A DNA stretch of 64,000 nt from Octopus sinensis. Its lineage: Eukaryota. Made by a program: the position numbers and the translations under genes. The first letter of the stretch is position 1, and every line of letters begins with the position of its first letter. Of the stretch, positions 1 to 14,313 are shown piece after piece. The stretch is taken from NCBI RefSeq assembly GCF_006345805.1, contig NC_043005.1:90644001-90708000 (forward strand), written 5' to 3'. The notes under the pieces were generated by a model. That model saw only the letters and a program-made list of their open reading frames with translations. It was not told where the DNA came from and ran no database searches.

Positions 1-236
1 AAAATTTCGTTCACATTTCTTGACGCCTGACCTGGTCAAAACTTCTGATATATTTCGTTTTTATTTTCATTTTACTTGTTGCAATAATCAAATTGAGGCC
101 ATGCTGGGGCATCACCTCGAAGAATTTTTAGTCGAATGTATCGATTCCAGTATTTTTAAAAATGATTTTCAACAAGCACATAGTTAAGCCTAAAAGTTAA
201 GCCTAGAGATAACAGCCAAATCTTTAAACATTATTT

Positions 237-1096
237 TTATATAATTTCAAATAAACATCGACCACGAGGCTGACAGTGTGTCTTCTTAACAATTCGATGA
301 TTTCGTTTTGCATTGCTTCTGAGGTGTAGGTCGCATTTTTTGGAATCGTGCTGTAACATTACATTAGCTTTGAGTCTTTCTCTAATGTGTACTGGAATAA
401 TTTCATTAAAAAAACCCACAAGGCTACGTATCATCTTCCGAATAAAGATCCTGAAAAGTTTCATTTTCGTTTCCTCGAAAAGGCAATTCGTTTGCACAAA
501 GAAAATGGACAATATCAACAATTGAACTGATTTAATAACGGTTTTTGCTCAACTGATCATTTTGCAAGATTGAAGCCACGGATGTTGTTGTGGATAAACG
601 CTGTTGGAGTTCCTTCCATGTTACCATAGCTTGGATATGGGATGCAGAGTTTGCGTGCTTATTTAAACCTTAGATTTTTTTCTTTTGAATGATGCCAATT
701 AGAATATCCATTTTTAATAAAACAAGTATCAGCTCGAGCAGCAAAACAAAACAAGGCTTTCTTTGAAGGAGAATACTTTAACCATAAACGACCAATATAC
801 CAGCTTGACGAGAAGTCACGTCTCTGATTTCTATAAATTTTTAGATCAAACTTTGTTAGAACTGGCTGCCTTGGTTGGCAGTCGACATGTCCTAGATCAT
901 CCAATGACGGTGTCAAAGACTTTGCAAGATCTCCCTTGAGCTGCGAAACTTCGTTTGCAATTCTCTTCTGCTTAGCATTATTAGATGAATCAGATTGGAA
1001 ATTCAGCAATGATTGCTTCAGTTTTCTTTTTCGGTAGTGATTCATTATTTTTGGGCACTGATTTTCGCAATAATTAATTCTAAGGTAGAATATCAT
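237..1096 (-). mobile_element. Decayed hAT-superfamily transposase (TTF-type zinc finger plus DUF4371/ZMYM1-like region)
   Basis: Minus-strand translation gives RDFSSSWYIGRLWLKYSPSKKALFCF...FIKNGYSNW (TTF zinc-finger-like). Downstream, in broken frames, it gives IVDIVHFLCANELPFRGNE and TIPKNATYTSEAMQNEIIELL, typical of ZMYM1-like hAT transposases. Stops and frameshifts are present. Confidence 0.75.
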
Positions 1097-1789
1097 AGTA
1101 AGAGTAACGATTTCTTGAAATTTATATATTTTTAAATTAAACTCGAAAGAGATTTTGGTTCAAGCAACTTTTTTTTTCCAATTTCTTCAAAGTCATGCTT
1201 TTTTTTTAGTTAAACACAAAATAATTTCAGCATAAACTTTGTTCAAAGAGTAAGAAAAAGTTATTCAGTGAAAGTTCTCACCTGAAAAATACTTTCTGAA
1301 TGTATATTTTGGGAATTTTCAAAACTTTTCTTTCTTTTTTCGCGAATAATAATCCTCTCTTACCAGTAGAAATAAAACGACTTTTTAATGCCCGTAGATA
1401 TACATGTGTAGGGATGCGCTTACTACCATAAATCTCTAACTATAGCAACAATTCTTCACATGCTTTTCAACAGCAACAAGGACAACCACCAGCACCGCCA
1501 TCGCCACCACGAGCACCACAACAACAACAATAACAACAACTGACCCAGCATCACCCCTCTTTAATTCAACCCACAGTTGATGACCGGGTCGGCAGCTAAT
1601 TATTCTGCAACAACAATTACAGCTACAACAAACACTCTGACCAGCTCTAATTTACCAATATTTTCATATTAATAACTACTAAATCAAAAGAAATTCAATT
1701 TATTGCATCTTTAGCGACTTCAGATATTGCTTATGAGAAACAGTGGATAAAACAAATTCTCATACTGGGGTGGAGAGGCTGAGATTCTA

Positions 1790-1973
1790 AACTGCTTAGC
1801 GGGTATTTCGTCTGCCGTTACGTTCTGAGTTCAATTTCCGTTGAGGTCGACTTTGCCTTTCATCCTTTCGGAGTCGATAAATTAAGTACCAGTTATGCAA
1901 TAGGGTCAATGTAATCGACTTAATCTCTTTGTCTGTCCTTGTTTGTCCCCTTGTGGGCAATAAAGAAATAAGA
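1790..1973 (+). mobile_element. tRNA-derived SINE, family 1 (5'-degenerate copy)
   Basis: Matches the window-wide repeat gtatttcgtctgccgttacgttctgagttcaa..tcc..gaggtcgactttgcctttcatcctttcgg..tcgataa. It contains a B-box-like GAGTTCAA and ends in the tgtccttgtttgtcccc..gtgggcaataaagaaata tail. Confidence 0.7.
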
Positions 1974-3329
1974 ATGTTTCATGATGAAGTTTTGCTCCAG
2001 TAAAGTTAACTGGAGTTAATTAAGTAATTTTAACTGACTCTTCTCTCCTTCTTCTTCTTCTTCTTCTTCTTCTTCTTCTTCTTCTTCACCACCACCACCA
2101 CCACCACCACCACCCTCCTCTTCCTTCTCTTCGCTGGAGTTAATTAAGTAATTTTAACTGGCTCTTCTCTCCTCCTCCTCCTTCTTCACCACCACCACCA
2201 TCACCCCCTCCTCCTCTTCCGCCTCCTCGTTGTTGTATATATGATAACAGTTTGGTGTAGTTAACCTCGGTTTCACACCAGTTAACGAATAGATCAGATT
2301 TCAGATTCACCCCCCCCCACTCGCTTCCTCCTGAACCCTAACCAATAAACAACTAACTGAAACCAGTTCTCTCCGAGCCAAGCTAGGAAACACGTGTAGG
2401 TCGTCGTAATCATAAAAATATGCTGTGTGACATTGTAAAGTAAGACGAAATAAATTTCGAGGATGTACCTGTCTCCATATTCTCTTTCGTTATAATTACT
2501 GCTAATATACACAGCAAATAATATTACCATCCAGTGAAGCGAACACGGTATTACCCATAGGAGGAATTTACAGCCTGAGTGACAACTCATAGTAGTCGCG
2601 GACGTTAAATAGTAATCGATGGGGTTAGCCGTAATCTGGAACATAACTGAGAGCTACCACGGTATCCGCCCGGATAATATATTCCTCTAAAACGCTCACA
2701 CTCACACATACACGCACACACACATACACACACGCACATACACACGTAAATACACATGCACATACACATATACACACGCGTGCTCACATACACACACATA
2801 CACACATGGATCAAATGAAATTGAAGTTTATTATGAATCTTTAAAAAAAATTTATCAAGAAGTCGGAAATAAATATTACATTTGATTAAATTTAATCAAT
2901 AAATTGATTAAATTCGGGTGAGATTCTGGTGCCCCAGGAACATGAATTTATGTAAATATATACAGAACTGCGGGTTTCTACCATTATTAGAATCAATATC
3001 GATAAAAGTAAATATTTATGATAATGTAAATATTGCAGCTAAAGGAAAATTACTCTTAAATATTTGAATTGGAAATTAACAAAAGAACCAGAAATTTGGA
3101 AGCTTCTAATCCTGTTTTAATATCGCTCTGAAACCAGATGAGAGAGTGTTGCAACATACATAATAAACAATTTTCATTTGTTTACTTTATGCACATTGCA
3201 AGGCAGTGTCTTCCACGTCCATAGAGGCACATGCTTGTGATACACGTGACACACATGTGACAAAAATACGTGATGTACGTGAAGGTACAGAATATAACAT
3301 ATGGTAACACACACAAAAAATAGAGTCCT

Positions 3330-3650
3330 TTTGGAAGCAGAGATATCTGCTCAACGATTCCAAGTCACGATATCTAGATGTGAACAGCCATCAGCGAGAC
3401 CAGGACTTACGAAACGCATCTGTTCGTCTTCGGTCTGAGCGACAAAAGGTTTACGCTTCTTTCTGGTCGACCCAGATCGTGTATTGTGGACGCAGTTAAA
3501 CGATTTGAGGACAACGCTTTTCTATTCTGATCAACTTCTTCATGTATCATTTGAAGAGGAGGACTAGAGTGGAGAGGAAGGCGTTGCCGTTCCCCGCCCC
3601 CACCGCAATAGATTTTAACGAAAGATGAGTTGCAGCAGCGAGATTGGCAT
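3330..3650 (+). mobile_element. L1/Tx1-like LINE ORF2 3'-end remnant
   Basis: Translates to LINFFMYHLKRRTRVERKAL, homologous to LINFFKYHLKRKVRVERQVL in the longer copy near 28300. Confidence 0.55.
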
Positions 3651-4734
3651 GTCGTATTGGATCTACTGTAATTATAAGATTATGAAGAGGCAGTGTAAAA
3701 CTGTAGATTGATAGAATGGATGGAGAACCAAAGAACATACCTTCACCAATCTTGACTTTGATAAAAGACGATAATAAAGGCTTCAAATCAATCTCATTTT
3801 TACAAATGGTGGGTATGTACTTTAAAGAGTTCGTGGGAAAGAAAAACAAAGTTATATTCGATGGGATTTGGAAATAGACAGTACAAAGGTCTAACGAAAT
3901 GCATCTAGTCTCGTTTATCACGAGGGTTTAGTTCTAAAACACCACCGAACTGAATGAGTCATTGATAAATGAATAAGAGAAAACATGGAGTAAAAAAATA
4001 GGTTTCGTTCCGAGACGCCAAGTTGTCCTCTAATTTAACCAAGTAATATCTCTAAATAAATTTTAAATACATATAATGACATTGTTTAATAGCCGGAATA
4101 ATATTCTGAGTAAAATTTAATAACATATGAACAGTAAATTATGTAAAAAAAGAGTAACTGGGAAATATCATCGCCAACTTTGTGTTATTAAAGATTAGTT
4201 CGTGATGAGTGTAACGTGGTTCACAATTGAGCGTACCGTATTATCCAGATCAGCGATGAATGGATCAGGGATGTACTGCACAAGGCGTTAATTGTAGAAA
4301 TTGACCCGAAATTTAGTAGTACATCCTGCCAACAGTTAGATTTATATGAACAGAGAAGAAGGTTAAAGAAGAAAAACAAAAATCTCAATAGAAGAATCTG
4401 GAATGTGAAAATACACTTTTTTTCTTTTTTCGGAATGTCGTTTCCTTTTTCAATTTTTTTCGTGGGAATTTCATCAAAAGTCCTTTGTATTCCACAGCCC
4501 TTCACCACCACTAATTCAGCGAGAACAAACGATCCTAGATGTATAATAACTTCACTGGAGACTCTGTTATTTCAAAGATACACCAAGAATTACAATACGT
4601 AGACATTGCAAAATAGTTCTGCTCCAGAAAATATTTTTTAAAAATGAACGCCGAAGGAGATGACACGCGGTATATATGCTCCTTGGTATTATTATTATTA
4701 TTTATCATCATCATCATTATTATTATTATTATTA

Positions 4735-4791
<57 letters not shown>

Positions 4792-4935
4792 GGCGGCGAG
4801 TTGGCAGAATCGTTAGCACACCGGGCGAAATGTTTAACGGCATTTCGCCCGTCCTCATATTCTGAGTCCAAATTCCACCGCAGTTGACTTTGCCTTTCGG
4901 GGTTGATAATATAAATACCAGTTGATCACTGGGTC
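4792..4935 (+). mobile_element. tRNA-derived SINE, family 1
   Basis: Head aggcggcgagttggcagaatcgttagcacaccgggcgaaatg (A-box-like) followed by ttctgagtccaaattcc (B-box-like). It directly follows a (TTA)n tract. Confidence 0.7.
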
Positions 4936-5000
4936 CATCATCATCATCATCATCACCACTGCCACCACCACCACCACCACCACCACCACCACACCACCAC

Positions 5001-5080
<80 letters not shown>

Positions 5081-5479
5081 CCACCATCACCACCACCACC
5101 ACCACCACCACCACCACACCTCCACCACCATCATCATCATCATCATCATCATCAGATGTGTTTATATAACATTTAGTGTTTTGTCTTTATTTTCTGAAAT
5201 AGTAAACCCATTGTTTGTTTTATACATTAAAGAAGGGGAAAACCCTGAAAAAACTATCCTCCCTCAATGTTAACATTACGTTTTCATGCATGTATAGCTA
5301 TACAAATACATACATACATACATACATACATACAGGCTGACATACATACATACATACATACGTGCATACATACATACATAATACATACATACATACATAC
5401 ATACATACACACATTCATTCATTCATTAATATATACATGCACACATGCTTACATACACAGACATATTAATATCATTACA

Positions 5480-5591
<112 letters not shown>

Positions 5592-6639
5592 CATCCATCT
5601 ATCTATCTGGGCCAATTTGCATATTTGTGCTTTAGAACACTCCACATTAATTAAACAACATCTATTTTATGCACAACGTAGCGTAATTTGAGGTATATTT
5701 GAATAATCGATGACTTAACATAAATTTGAATATTCGAAAACCTTTTGGTCGGTGTGATAATAATGAAAACAGTTCTTTCTCTGATATTCATTTGCAGAAA
5801 AACGACGGATTGAGAAAGGAAGCTGAGTACATCTTCTCTGAGGAGCGGTAAACAAACTCTGAAACAGTTCGTTGGGAGACGCCTTCTCCCCACTTTTTTT
5901 TTTTTTGCTTACATCGGTCGTTTAGAATTAATGTGTTTACATTCTTATTTAAGTCACATTGAGGCGTTGTGATATTAAAATTTATTTCAAATCAATGGGT
6001 TTTTCTTAGCATTCTATGGACGAGCCGACTTATGTACCACTGAGTAATCATTCAACTTCCGAGAAATTCCATATTTTCTGTCATACAAATCGAAGTTTTT
6101 AGACCAAAATTTACAGCCAAAAACGCTAAGTCGACTTATACGTCAAGACGACTTAGCAGCAAGATTTTAAAAAGATTGTGACAAAGTTTGAATGTCTATC
6201 TTACATCTTTACACTATATACTAACATCGACTTGTAGAAGTGAAACCACCCTCAAACATTAACCAACCGGTTTTTTAAAACAGGAAAGTACACGTCAGAT
6301 AATATAATCCTACTTATTCATATGAGACGAGGTGGTCCCGGCAAGAATGGCTTTGATCTTAAGTCTGTTCTATCAGAGTCGACCGAAAACAAACCAATAA
6401 CCACCAGCATCTTATGGTATAGATTTCAGTCTATAGGGCCAAAGCAAGTTACTTATATCACGCTGTTTAGCCCCAGGCCTTCTCTGATACCCCAGACCTA
6501 CGATCAAAGACATTCCAGTCATGACCACCGTCGTTTCTTCTCTCAAAACGCAGAATATATTGAATTAAATGTGTATATCTTATATGTCATTGTTTTATGT
6601 CAGTAAGGAGTAATTTGAGGGCGGCTATTTTTAGGTGTT

Positions 6640-7186
6640 TTTTTTCTTCTTCCATTTAGTCCAAGTTCATTGGACGCAAACTTGGCAAACACGCTCTCAT
6701 ACCCGAATCCTCAGTGGTAATGGACTGAACTGAACCGTAGCTCATCTGCACACCCACTGATAACCTACGGATGGTGATTCGACGATTTCCCCTCACAGCT
6801 GCAATATTTTTCTCACTTCTGCTGGTTCCAGGTCTTCCAGAATGTTCGTCAATATCGACATTTTTTCGGCCATCTAGGAAACGTCTGAACCACTCTTGTA
6901 CTTGTGTGCGGCTCATACACTCCTCTCCATCCACTTTCTGCAACATTGCACAGGCCTCTGAGCAGGTATCGCCACGACACCTTTCTCTGTCATGGTCAAT
7001 GCGACGATTACACGCTACACACCTTCCTTCCAAGCACTGCTGTAAACAGCAGAAGTGAGATAAAATGTTAAAACTTAGTGCGCATGCACAGCAGAGTTCA
7101 AGGTCAATCTTTGCGCGGCTTCACTCTGCGTGCGTTAGCTCTGCTACTAATGGCAATAGTCCGGATACTTATGGATCAGACCTTGT
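6640..7186 (-). mobile_element. Mariner transposon 5' remnant (HTH region of transposase plus left TIR)
   Basis: Minus ORF 6656-7033 reads EECMSRTQVQEWFRRFLDGRKNVDIDEHSGRPGTS..NRRITIRRLSVGVQMSYGSVQSITTEDSGMR, the mariner N-terminal domain. A TIR-like sequence (reverse complement ACAAGGTCTGATCCATAAGTATCCGGAC) lies at ~7158-7186. Confidence 0.85.
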
Positions 7187-7208
7187 GTGTATGTGTGTGT
7201 ATATATAT

Positions 7209-7239
<31 letters not shown>

Positions 7240-7264
7240 ATATATATATATATATACATTATAC

Positions 7265-7340
<76 letters not shown>

Positions 7341-7373
7341 TGTTCAGTATCTACTATCTACGCGTTGAATAAA

Positions 7374-7453
<80 letters not shown>

Positions 7454-8229
7454 CATATAATATATATGTATATAATTAACGACTTTAGAAAATCCATCTT
7501 TATGTTTAAACGTCTCGAAAAACGAGTTGTCCGTAATTTCGTTGCACATGAATATGATTAATAAAACAGCAGGGGCGATGATTTGCTTTCAAGCCTGTCG
7601 TTTAATGTCTGTGAAGAAAAAAAAAAACTCTTTACAGTCAGTGCAAACAAACGTTACGATTTAATGAGCTAATGATGAAGCCTCTACGCAGTCGCTCGCC
7701 CAGTTAGAAGTAGCGACTAAATCTCTCTCAAATCACGCTATCGTCTTAAAATAGTAGTTTCTTTATTCTCATATTATTGTGTATGGAGACCGACTGTAAT
7801 TCATTTCGATTATTTCTTCTATATCTTCCGGTATCGTCTGCAATTCTAAGATACCCATTGCTTCTTCATATTTTACAAACTTTTAATTTTTATTTGCCAA
7901 CTTAAGACAGAACAAGCACAGATTCATACGCACACTTTTACACCTACACACATACTCACACACATAATACATGCAGACACACACACACACACACACGCGC
8001 GCGTGCACATAAGAACGTTTACCACAACAGTTACACAAACACGAAAAGATGCTCACACAAAGCCAGTCACTGCTTAGCAACATGTGAGCAAGATTTAACT
8101 TTTGCAAGAGTTGTATATAATAATCATACGGCAAAGTTACTGAGGTGTAATGATATTGTTCGGAGATTGAAATAATGTAAAAATTCAACAACAATAATTT
8201 CTTTGTATTTGCCACAGGGGTATCACATA

Positions 8230-8755
8230 AGAGTAACGTTACAAGGACAGTTTATGTCGGGGTTTACACAAACTGAAGAGGTTAAGAAAGGGAGATTATC
8301 GTGAAATGAGATAAAAAGTATACTTAGTATATAAAATAAGTCAATACATCTATGGCTGCAGTCCTCTTGATAGATGTGAGTCTCCAACCAGGTCCAATCG
8401 AGAAACGTCACAGATCTAAAACCACTTCGACAATCAAGGGTGCAAGCCCTCGTTCAATTGTTTTTCTTCAATATACAGGCGCGTGTTTAAAGTAGTTCCA
8501 TTCACCCAAAGCATTTTTGCAAGTCAGCCATGTTTTGACAAATTCGCTGAGGATGAGCACTTGCCGTTCAATCGTCACTTTCGTCTCCAAGAGGAACTTG
8601 TAAAAGTCGGTGTGGGCTTGGCCGAAGAGCAAAATGTCTGTCCTCAATCCTTCAGCCTCGTCCACCACACAACCTCTTTCGCCATAGTCACTGAATACAA
8701 GAACACTGCTGGTCACATCCCATAGTAAAATGATACGAAGCAGTGAGCGTACCAT
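8230..8755 (-). mobile_element. L1/Tx1-like LINE 3' end remnant
   Basis: Minus translation MAKEVVWWTRLKGLRTDILLFGQAHTDFYKFLLETKVTIERQVLILSEFVKTW aligns with the C-terminus of the 27367-28730 copy. The 3' UTR ends in cccctgtggcaaatacaaagaaa. Confidence 0.65.
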
Positions 8756-8789
8756 TGGAGAGTTGAAAGAGAGTATAATTTTCTACCTT

Positions 8790-9265
8790 TTATCTTGTAC
8801 TCGTTTCAGCAATTGGACTGCGGCCATGCTGGTGCAACGCCTTGAAAGGTTTTAGTCGAACAGATCGACCCTAGTATTAATTTTTTTTTTAAAGTCTGGT
8901 ATTTATTTTATTGGAATGTTTTGCGGGTTGTCAAGCCGGGGACAAACACAAGCACAAAGAGACATGCACAAACACACATATACATTGTCATAGGACTTTT
9001 AAACCCAGTATTTACTCGCTATTATTCATAACTTTATTTACTTCGAGTTCCATCGTTAAAAAACGAATAACACACACACACGCATATAGACACACACAAC
9101 ACACACACATATGTATATACGGGCTTCCGTCTTCCAAATTCCATTGACCGTCCCTGGGCTATAGTAGTAGATACTTGCCCAAGGTGTCACGCAGTGAGAC
9201 TGAACCCGAAGCCACTCAGTTGCAAAGCGAGTTTCTTAACCACGCTGCCACGTTTGCGCCTTTTT
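8790..9265 (-). mobile_element. tRNA-derived SINE, family 2
   Basis: Reverse complement of the family seen at 15781-16232: tRNA-like head with ccgggttcagtcccactgcg, internal microsatellite, and cagcatggccgcagtc..atgactgaaacaagtaaaaga tail. Confidence 0.65.
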
Positions 9266-11989
9266 TTACTTTTTTTCTAAATTTCTAACTTCAAAACGCT
9301 TTTAAAAAATCCCAACTTTTCCATGTGAACAACACTAATAACTGTTTTGCTTTTCTTCTAGTCTATTTCTACTCGAGTAGGCCATGGTGTTAAAATGATT
9401 GAGAACGACTGCGATAGGGTGTGGAACCTTATTAACACAGACATCTGTCATTGCAGACAACAACGTCTTTGGCGAAAATATTCCAACAAAAAATATAGAC
9501 CAAACATATTACGTACTACTTAAGTGTGAAATATGTAGATTATTAGTAATTATTGGTGAATAAATAATGATATAAATGTCTTCGTTTTTTGTTTATAATC
9601 TTTAAAAGTGATTTACTAAAGGAGGAAAGGCGTTTCGGGCTAGAGACGGGAGAGAGTTTCTTCGTTAAAATTTTGGCATCGACACATGTTTTTGTGTATG
9701 TACGTGCGTATGTATGTATATATGCATGCATGCATGTGTGCGTGTATGTATGTATGTATGTATGTATGTATGTATGTATGTATGTATGTATGTATGTATG
9801 TATGTGTGTGTGTTCATACATACACATGTATGAATGTGTAGTGACGTTATACAACAGTGCGCGCGCGCAACGTCATTTTCAGTGTGCGTGTGCGGAACGT
9901 CCTTCTTCAGTGTGCGTGTGCGGGGTTGGAGCCTTCTGGAAAGGCAGAAGGGAAGTGCCCTCTCGGACATGCGCGAAGACTGAAGAAGGAATTGCTGGTG
10001 TGGCATTAGCTGATAGGCGATGGACAGGTTCCCTTAACAAGGGCACAGAGAGACACGATAGTAGTAGAACGCCTTGATACGAGATTGTTGCAGACCTATT
10101 TTCTCCGCTGTCTCTGGACGCTAAGATTTGACCTGCTTTGTTTTGCTGCTGAACTTGTTGTAAGATTCTTACAAGTGTTAAAGTTCAGCCTTGCCACACC
10201 AGAACCAAGTGGATACCAATATACCACCTTACTTCTTTCTGTGAATAAGAAATAAAGAATATATATATTTTTAAGGTTGCGTTCGTGTTCCTTGACTGGT
10301 AGATTCTGGAAATTAAAGAACGGAAATTGTGTTGCACCTGAGTTGCACCCCAAAAGTGTAAGAAGCAACGAGTTCCCGTTACAAATGTATGAACGTGTGT
10401 ATGTGTGTACTTATGTATGAATGTGTGCGTTCGTGTGTATGTATGCATACATAACGTTTCCTAAGGATAGCATTGTAAATTATTTGATCAACTGCCTTGC
10501 GCCATTTCTTTCGGCTTTATGTTCTGAGTTCAGATTTCTTTCGAGGTCGATACAACAAGTTCCAGTTGAGCACCGTGTCGATACGCTCGACTAGTCCCTC
10601 CCCACAAAATGTCGGGCAAAATGCTGGGCCTATAGAAGTACCCTTGTGCTTTTGTGATATAGAGTATTTCTTTCCAGGTCTTTGACGAGGTACGCTACTT
10701 CTGCAACTATGGTCTTGATGGGAGGTCATCGGAGAGGAGAGATCTTGAGAAGTTCACTACTCACTCGTAGGATGTTATTTATTTTATTTGCGGTCGAGCA
10801 GTTGATCGGTGCTTTTACTTACCTCATTTTATCAAGAGGAAAGACAGTGCCCCATGACCAGTTGGAGGGCTTCTCAGACTGGTAGGAGGGAAGGAGTGGG
10901 AGAAGGGTATTCTCTGGCTGGTTGCCTGGCTCGAATGTCTGCATCAGATTAAAATCTGCTAAAGGTACCCAAGGTGTTGGGGATGTGGTATTAAATCACG
11001 TGACACGACTAAGTCCACCACCGAAATAGGCTATGGCAGGATTTGAACTCAGAACTGGAAAAGCCGGAACAAATACCGCAAAGCATCCGCTCTGACGTTC
11101 TTATAATTCCTCAAATCCATTGGTATGTTTGTATCGACCCCAAAACAACGAAAGGCACAGCAGACTTTGGCGAGATTTGAACTCATGAGGACGGAAAGAC
11201 CGTGCAAATACCAGGCAGTACTCTGCCTGACGCTCAAACGACTTTGCCATGTCGCTCCCTGTTCGTTCGTTTGATGCTGTCTCAGTCATTTCATACGACA
11301 CTCGAAGACTACCTGCACTTAACCGAAGCTTCTTCCTTTCATTTTACTTCAAAGATAGAACCTGTCAGCATGTTGTTCATGCCAGGTTCTTTAATATACA
11401 GGGAACAGTTTTCCTCCACAGATCAGATATCTCAAATGTTGGTACAGTACAGATATATTGCTAATGCATTGTGGGATATTACTTCGTAAGCGGAAAACTC
11501 CGGCTGTCATATTTTTCAATATCTGATGTAATATTTTTTTTGTTTCTTGTGATTCAATAAAATTTTAATGACTAAAAATGAAAGGAAGTTGATGTAAACG
11601 CATCTTACACATTGACGTGCTTGGTTGTTGAGTATTAGAATTTAGTTTCGTACATAATTGTCCAGTCACTAATTTTGATTCTAAAACGAAAGGAAAAATA
11701 GAGGTATCTTCTTTAGTTATTCAATCTTAAGACACAACGTCTTTCTATGATATATTTTCGTTCGTTGAGTGGAAAAGGAGAGGGAGGGAGGGTGGGATGG
11801 AGAGAGAGAGAGAGACTTGATACAAAGGTTTTAGAATTGGGAAGCGGGTTTTCCGTGTTTAACTGTTAAATATGAACATTTTCTTTGGCGAAATTCCATT
11901 TCGACACCAGCAGAAAGTGTTATAAATGTTACTAGAACAGCTGTTTCTCAACATTCTAAATATTTGCAGAGTAGATTTTTAAATCGTTC

Positions 11990-12191
11990 GCAAAGAAATT
12001 ATGGGCTACATAGTATGTACGTACGTACGTGTGTATGTATGTATGTATGTATGTATGTATGTATGTATGTATGTATGTATGTATGTATGTATGTATGTAT
12101 GTATGTATGTATGTGTGTATGTATGTATGTATGTATATATGCATGTATGTATGCATGCATGGATGTGTGTGTATGTATGTGTGTATGTATG

Positions 12192-12225
<34 letters not shown>

Positions 12226-12335
12226 TGTATGTATGCATGTATGTATTATGTGTGCATGCATCTTGTATACTTGTGTACATGTATGACAACACATGCACAC
12301 GCACCGCACACATACACATTTACACACACATATAT

Positions 12336-12383
<48 letters not shown>

Positions 12384-12386
12384 CAT

Positions 12387-12443
<57 letters not shown>

Positions 12444-12500
12444 TAAAAGGCAGTTTGTCTGTCTGTGTGTCTGTCTGTGTGTCTGTCTGTGTGTCTGTCT
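11990..12500. repeat. Compound microsatellite block (ATGT)n/(CA)n/(TA)n/(GTCTGTGT)n, representative of dozens in the window
   Basis: Direct reading. Similar (TA)n, (CA)n, (ATAC)n, (ATCT)n, (TTA)n, (CAT)n and (CTT)n tracts occur every 1-2 kb and account for most short ORFs in the ORF track. Confidence 0.95.
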
Positions 12501-13289
12501 GTGTGTCTGTCTGTATGTCTGCCTGACCACGGCTTTCAACCGATTCTGATGAAACTTGACACACACATAGCCCAATGTCATAATTCAAAACTAACGCAGA
12601 TAAAATTTTGAAAAGTTCCCCCAGTTCTGAAAAAAATCGATAAATTCGACATGGAGTCGAGAATCTAAGCTTATCATATGCAACACATTTTCTGTTGTAG
12701 TTTTCGCAACTTGAAATCGATTTTCACCAAACTCATGGTGAAGCTTAATATTACCCTAAGTAACTTAATTCTGACGTTAGTTTTCCATGGAATACCTTAC
12801 CATCAGAAAAAATTGATAAAATCATGCCATTTTGGGAAATCGCGTTCAAATTCAACATGATATATTTTCGACAATATCTTTACCAAATTGGCAGGAATTT
12901 TTTTTGAAATTCACAGCGAGCATCATGTCTGCCCCAAGGAGCTGTATGGCGCTTTTTATTCCAATAGGATACCTTATTACTGGAAAAATCGGTTAATTAC
13001 ATCATATGTGGCACACAAAGCAAACCAATTTTTCTGCGATATTTTTTCAAAGTTCACATAGATTTTCCCTACACCGATGTTGTACATCAAGTTTAAATGT
13101 CAAACTAACGACCTTTTGTCAATGCAGTTAACAAGTATTGGGAGAAATCGACAAAACCATATCACTTTGAGACCGACCATGATTTTACAAAATAACGGTT
13201 CAGTGAGTACAAAAAAGGGTAAAAAGGTAAAGGGCATTGCTTATCGACAAAGTTTTCTTACATACTTCGGGCAACGCCGGCTATGCTGC

Positions 13290-13292
<3 letters not shown>
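12436..13292 (+). mobile_element. Non-autonomous Helitron-like element
   Basis: Starts with ataaaaggcag plus (gtct)n and accgattctgatgaaactt. Ends with a cgggcaacgccgg hairpin motif and a degenerate CTAG. It sits in (TA)n and has the same termini as 50101-51183. Confidence 0.6.
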
Positions 13293-13328
<36 letters not shown>

Positions 13329-13329
13329 G

Positions 13330-13371
<42 letters not shown>

Positions 13372-14100
13372 CATATATATGTGTAAACAGAGTTAGCGGT
13401 TTAGTAACCGACTAAGGATAAGATATCTTTGCAGACTATCGGTATCCGTTAGCTGTGTTATCCCCGGGCAATGGTATGCAGGCACATCATACATGTAGAG
13501 TGCAGATAACAACAGGATAAACAAGAGCTTATCAGGAACCAATGCAAATAATTAGAAAACCACAGATTAACCAACACATCGATTGGACCACATTTGTAGC
13601 TTATCTTTTAATACAAAGTATGACATAACAAAACAGGTGACGCAACATATCTTACGGCCGTTACTGATCGGATTGCCAGAATGCAGTCTATCTATAAACG
13701 CGAGAATAAAATTCTTCATCTTCTTAGGGTATTCGAATTAAAGCAACAGATCTTCATCTGAGTAAAAAAAAACAGGAGCATACAATATAAACAAAGGGAA
13801 GAAGGAAAAGGAAAGAAAACATGGCTTAGACAAATATTCTAGAAGCCCAATGTGTTAAGAGCAAATAATTATTTACCATAAGGGTTACAGGGTCGGGAGG
13901 TAAAAGAGTAAGCTAGTAAACGTCTAGGGAATACTACAATTTATTAACGAGTAGGTGCAATTTGAAGGTGGGATGGGGTCATGATGTTTAAAAAAGAAGT
14001 TATCAAGAAACTATATATAAGGAAAATATTAAATTGATTATCTCGTCGGTAAATCATAAATCCGAAAAAGAAGCGCACTCTAAGTTATTGAGCAGTATAG

Positions 14101-14313
14101 TATGAAGATAGATAATGCCAGGTTTACCCTGGGATACATCCCATAAAGCGCTTAGCTTTACAGTATATCATCAGACCCCAAAACCTGTTGGGACATGGCC
14201 ACTTGCTACAGAGGCCATGTGCCAACAAGCTTTGGGGTCCGATGATACGCTGTGAAGCTAAGCGCTTTATGGGTGTGAAACCCGGGGTAACCCCATAGAC
14301 CGGCCTTATCTAT

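Noticed and set aside
2294-2644. Hydrophobic 116-aa minus ORF with an NPIDY motif suggesting a GPCR TM7
   Set aside because: The motif is at the N-terminus rather than after six helices, no other GPCR motifs are present, and there is no splice support.
5763-5847. Signal-like start MKTVLSLIFIC and exon-like 5798-5847 (KNDGLRKEAEYIFSEER)
   Set aside because: The ATG frame stops after 16 codons. The exon candidate has only a weak donor (GTAAAC). Chaining it to 10678 and 11422 is phase-compatible but not significant, since those segments are open in two frames.
11355-11485. Exon candidate ending in a GTAAGC donor
   Set aside because: There are several competing acceptors and two open frames, and no recognisable product, so no call can be supported.
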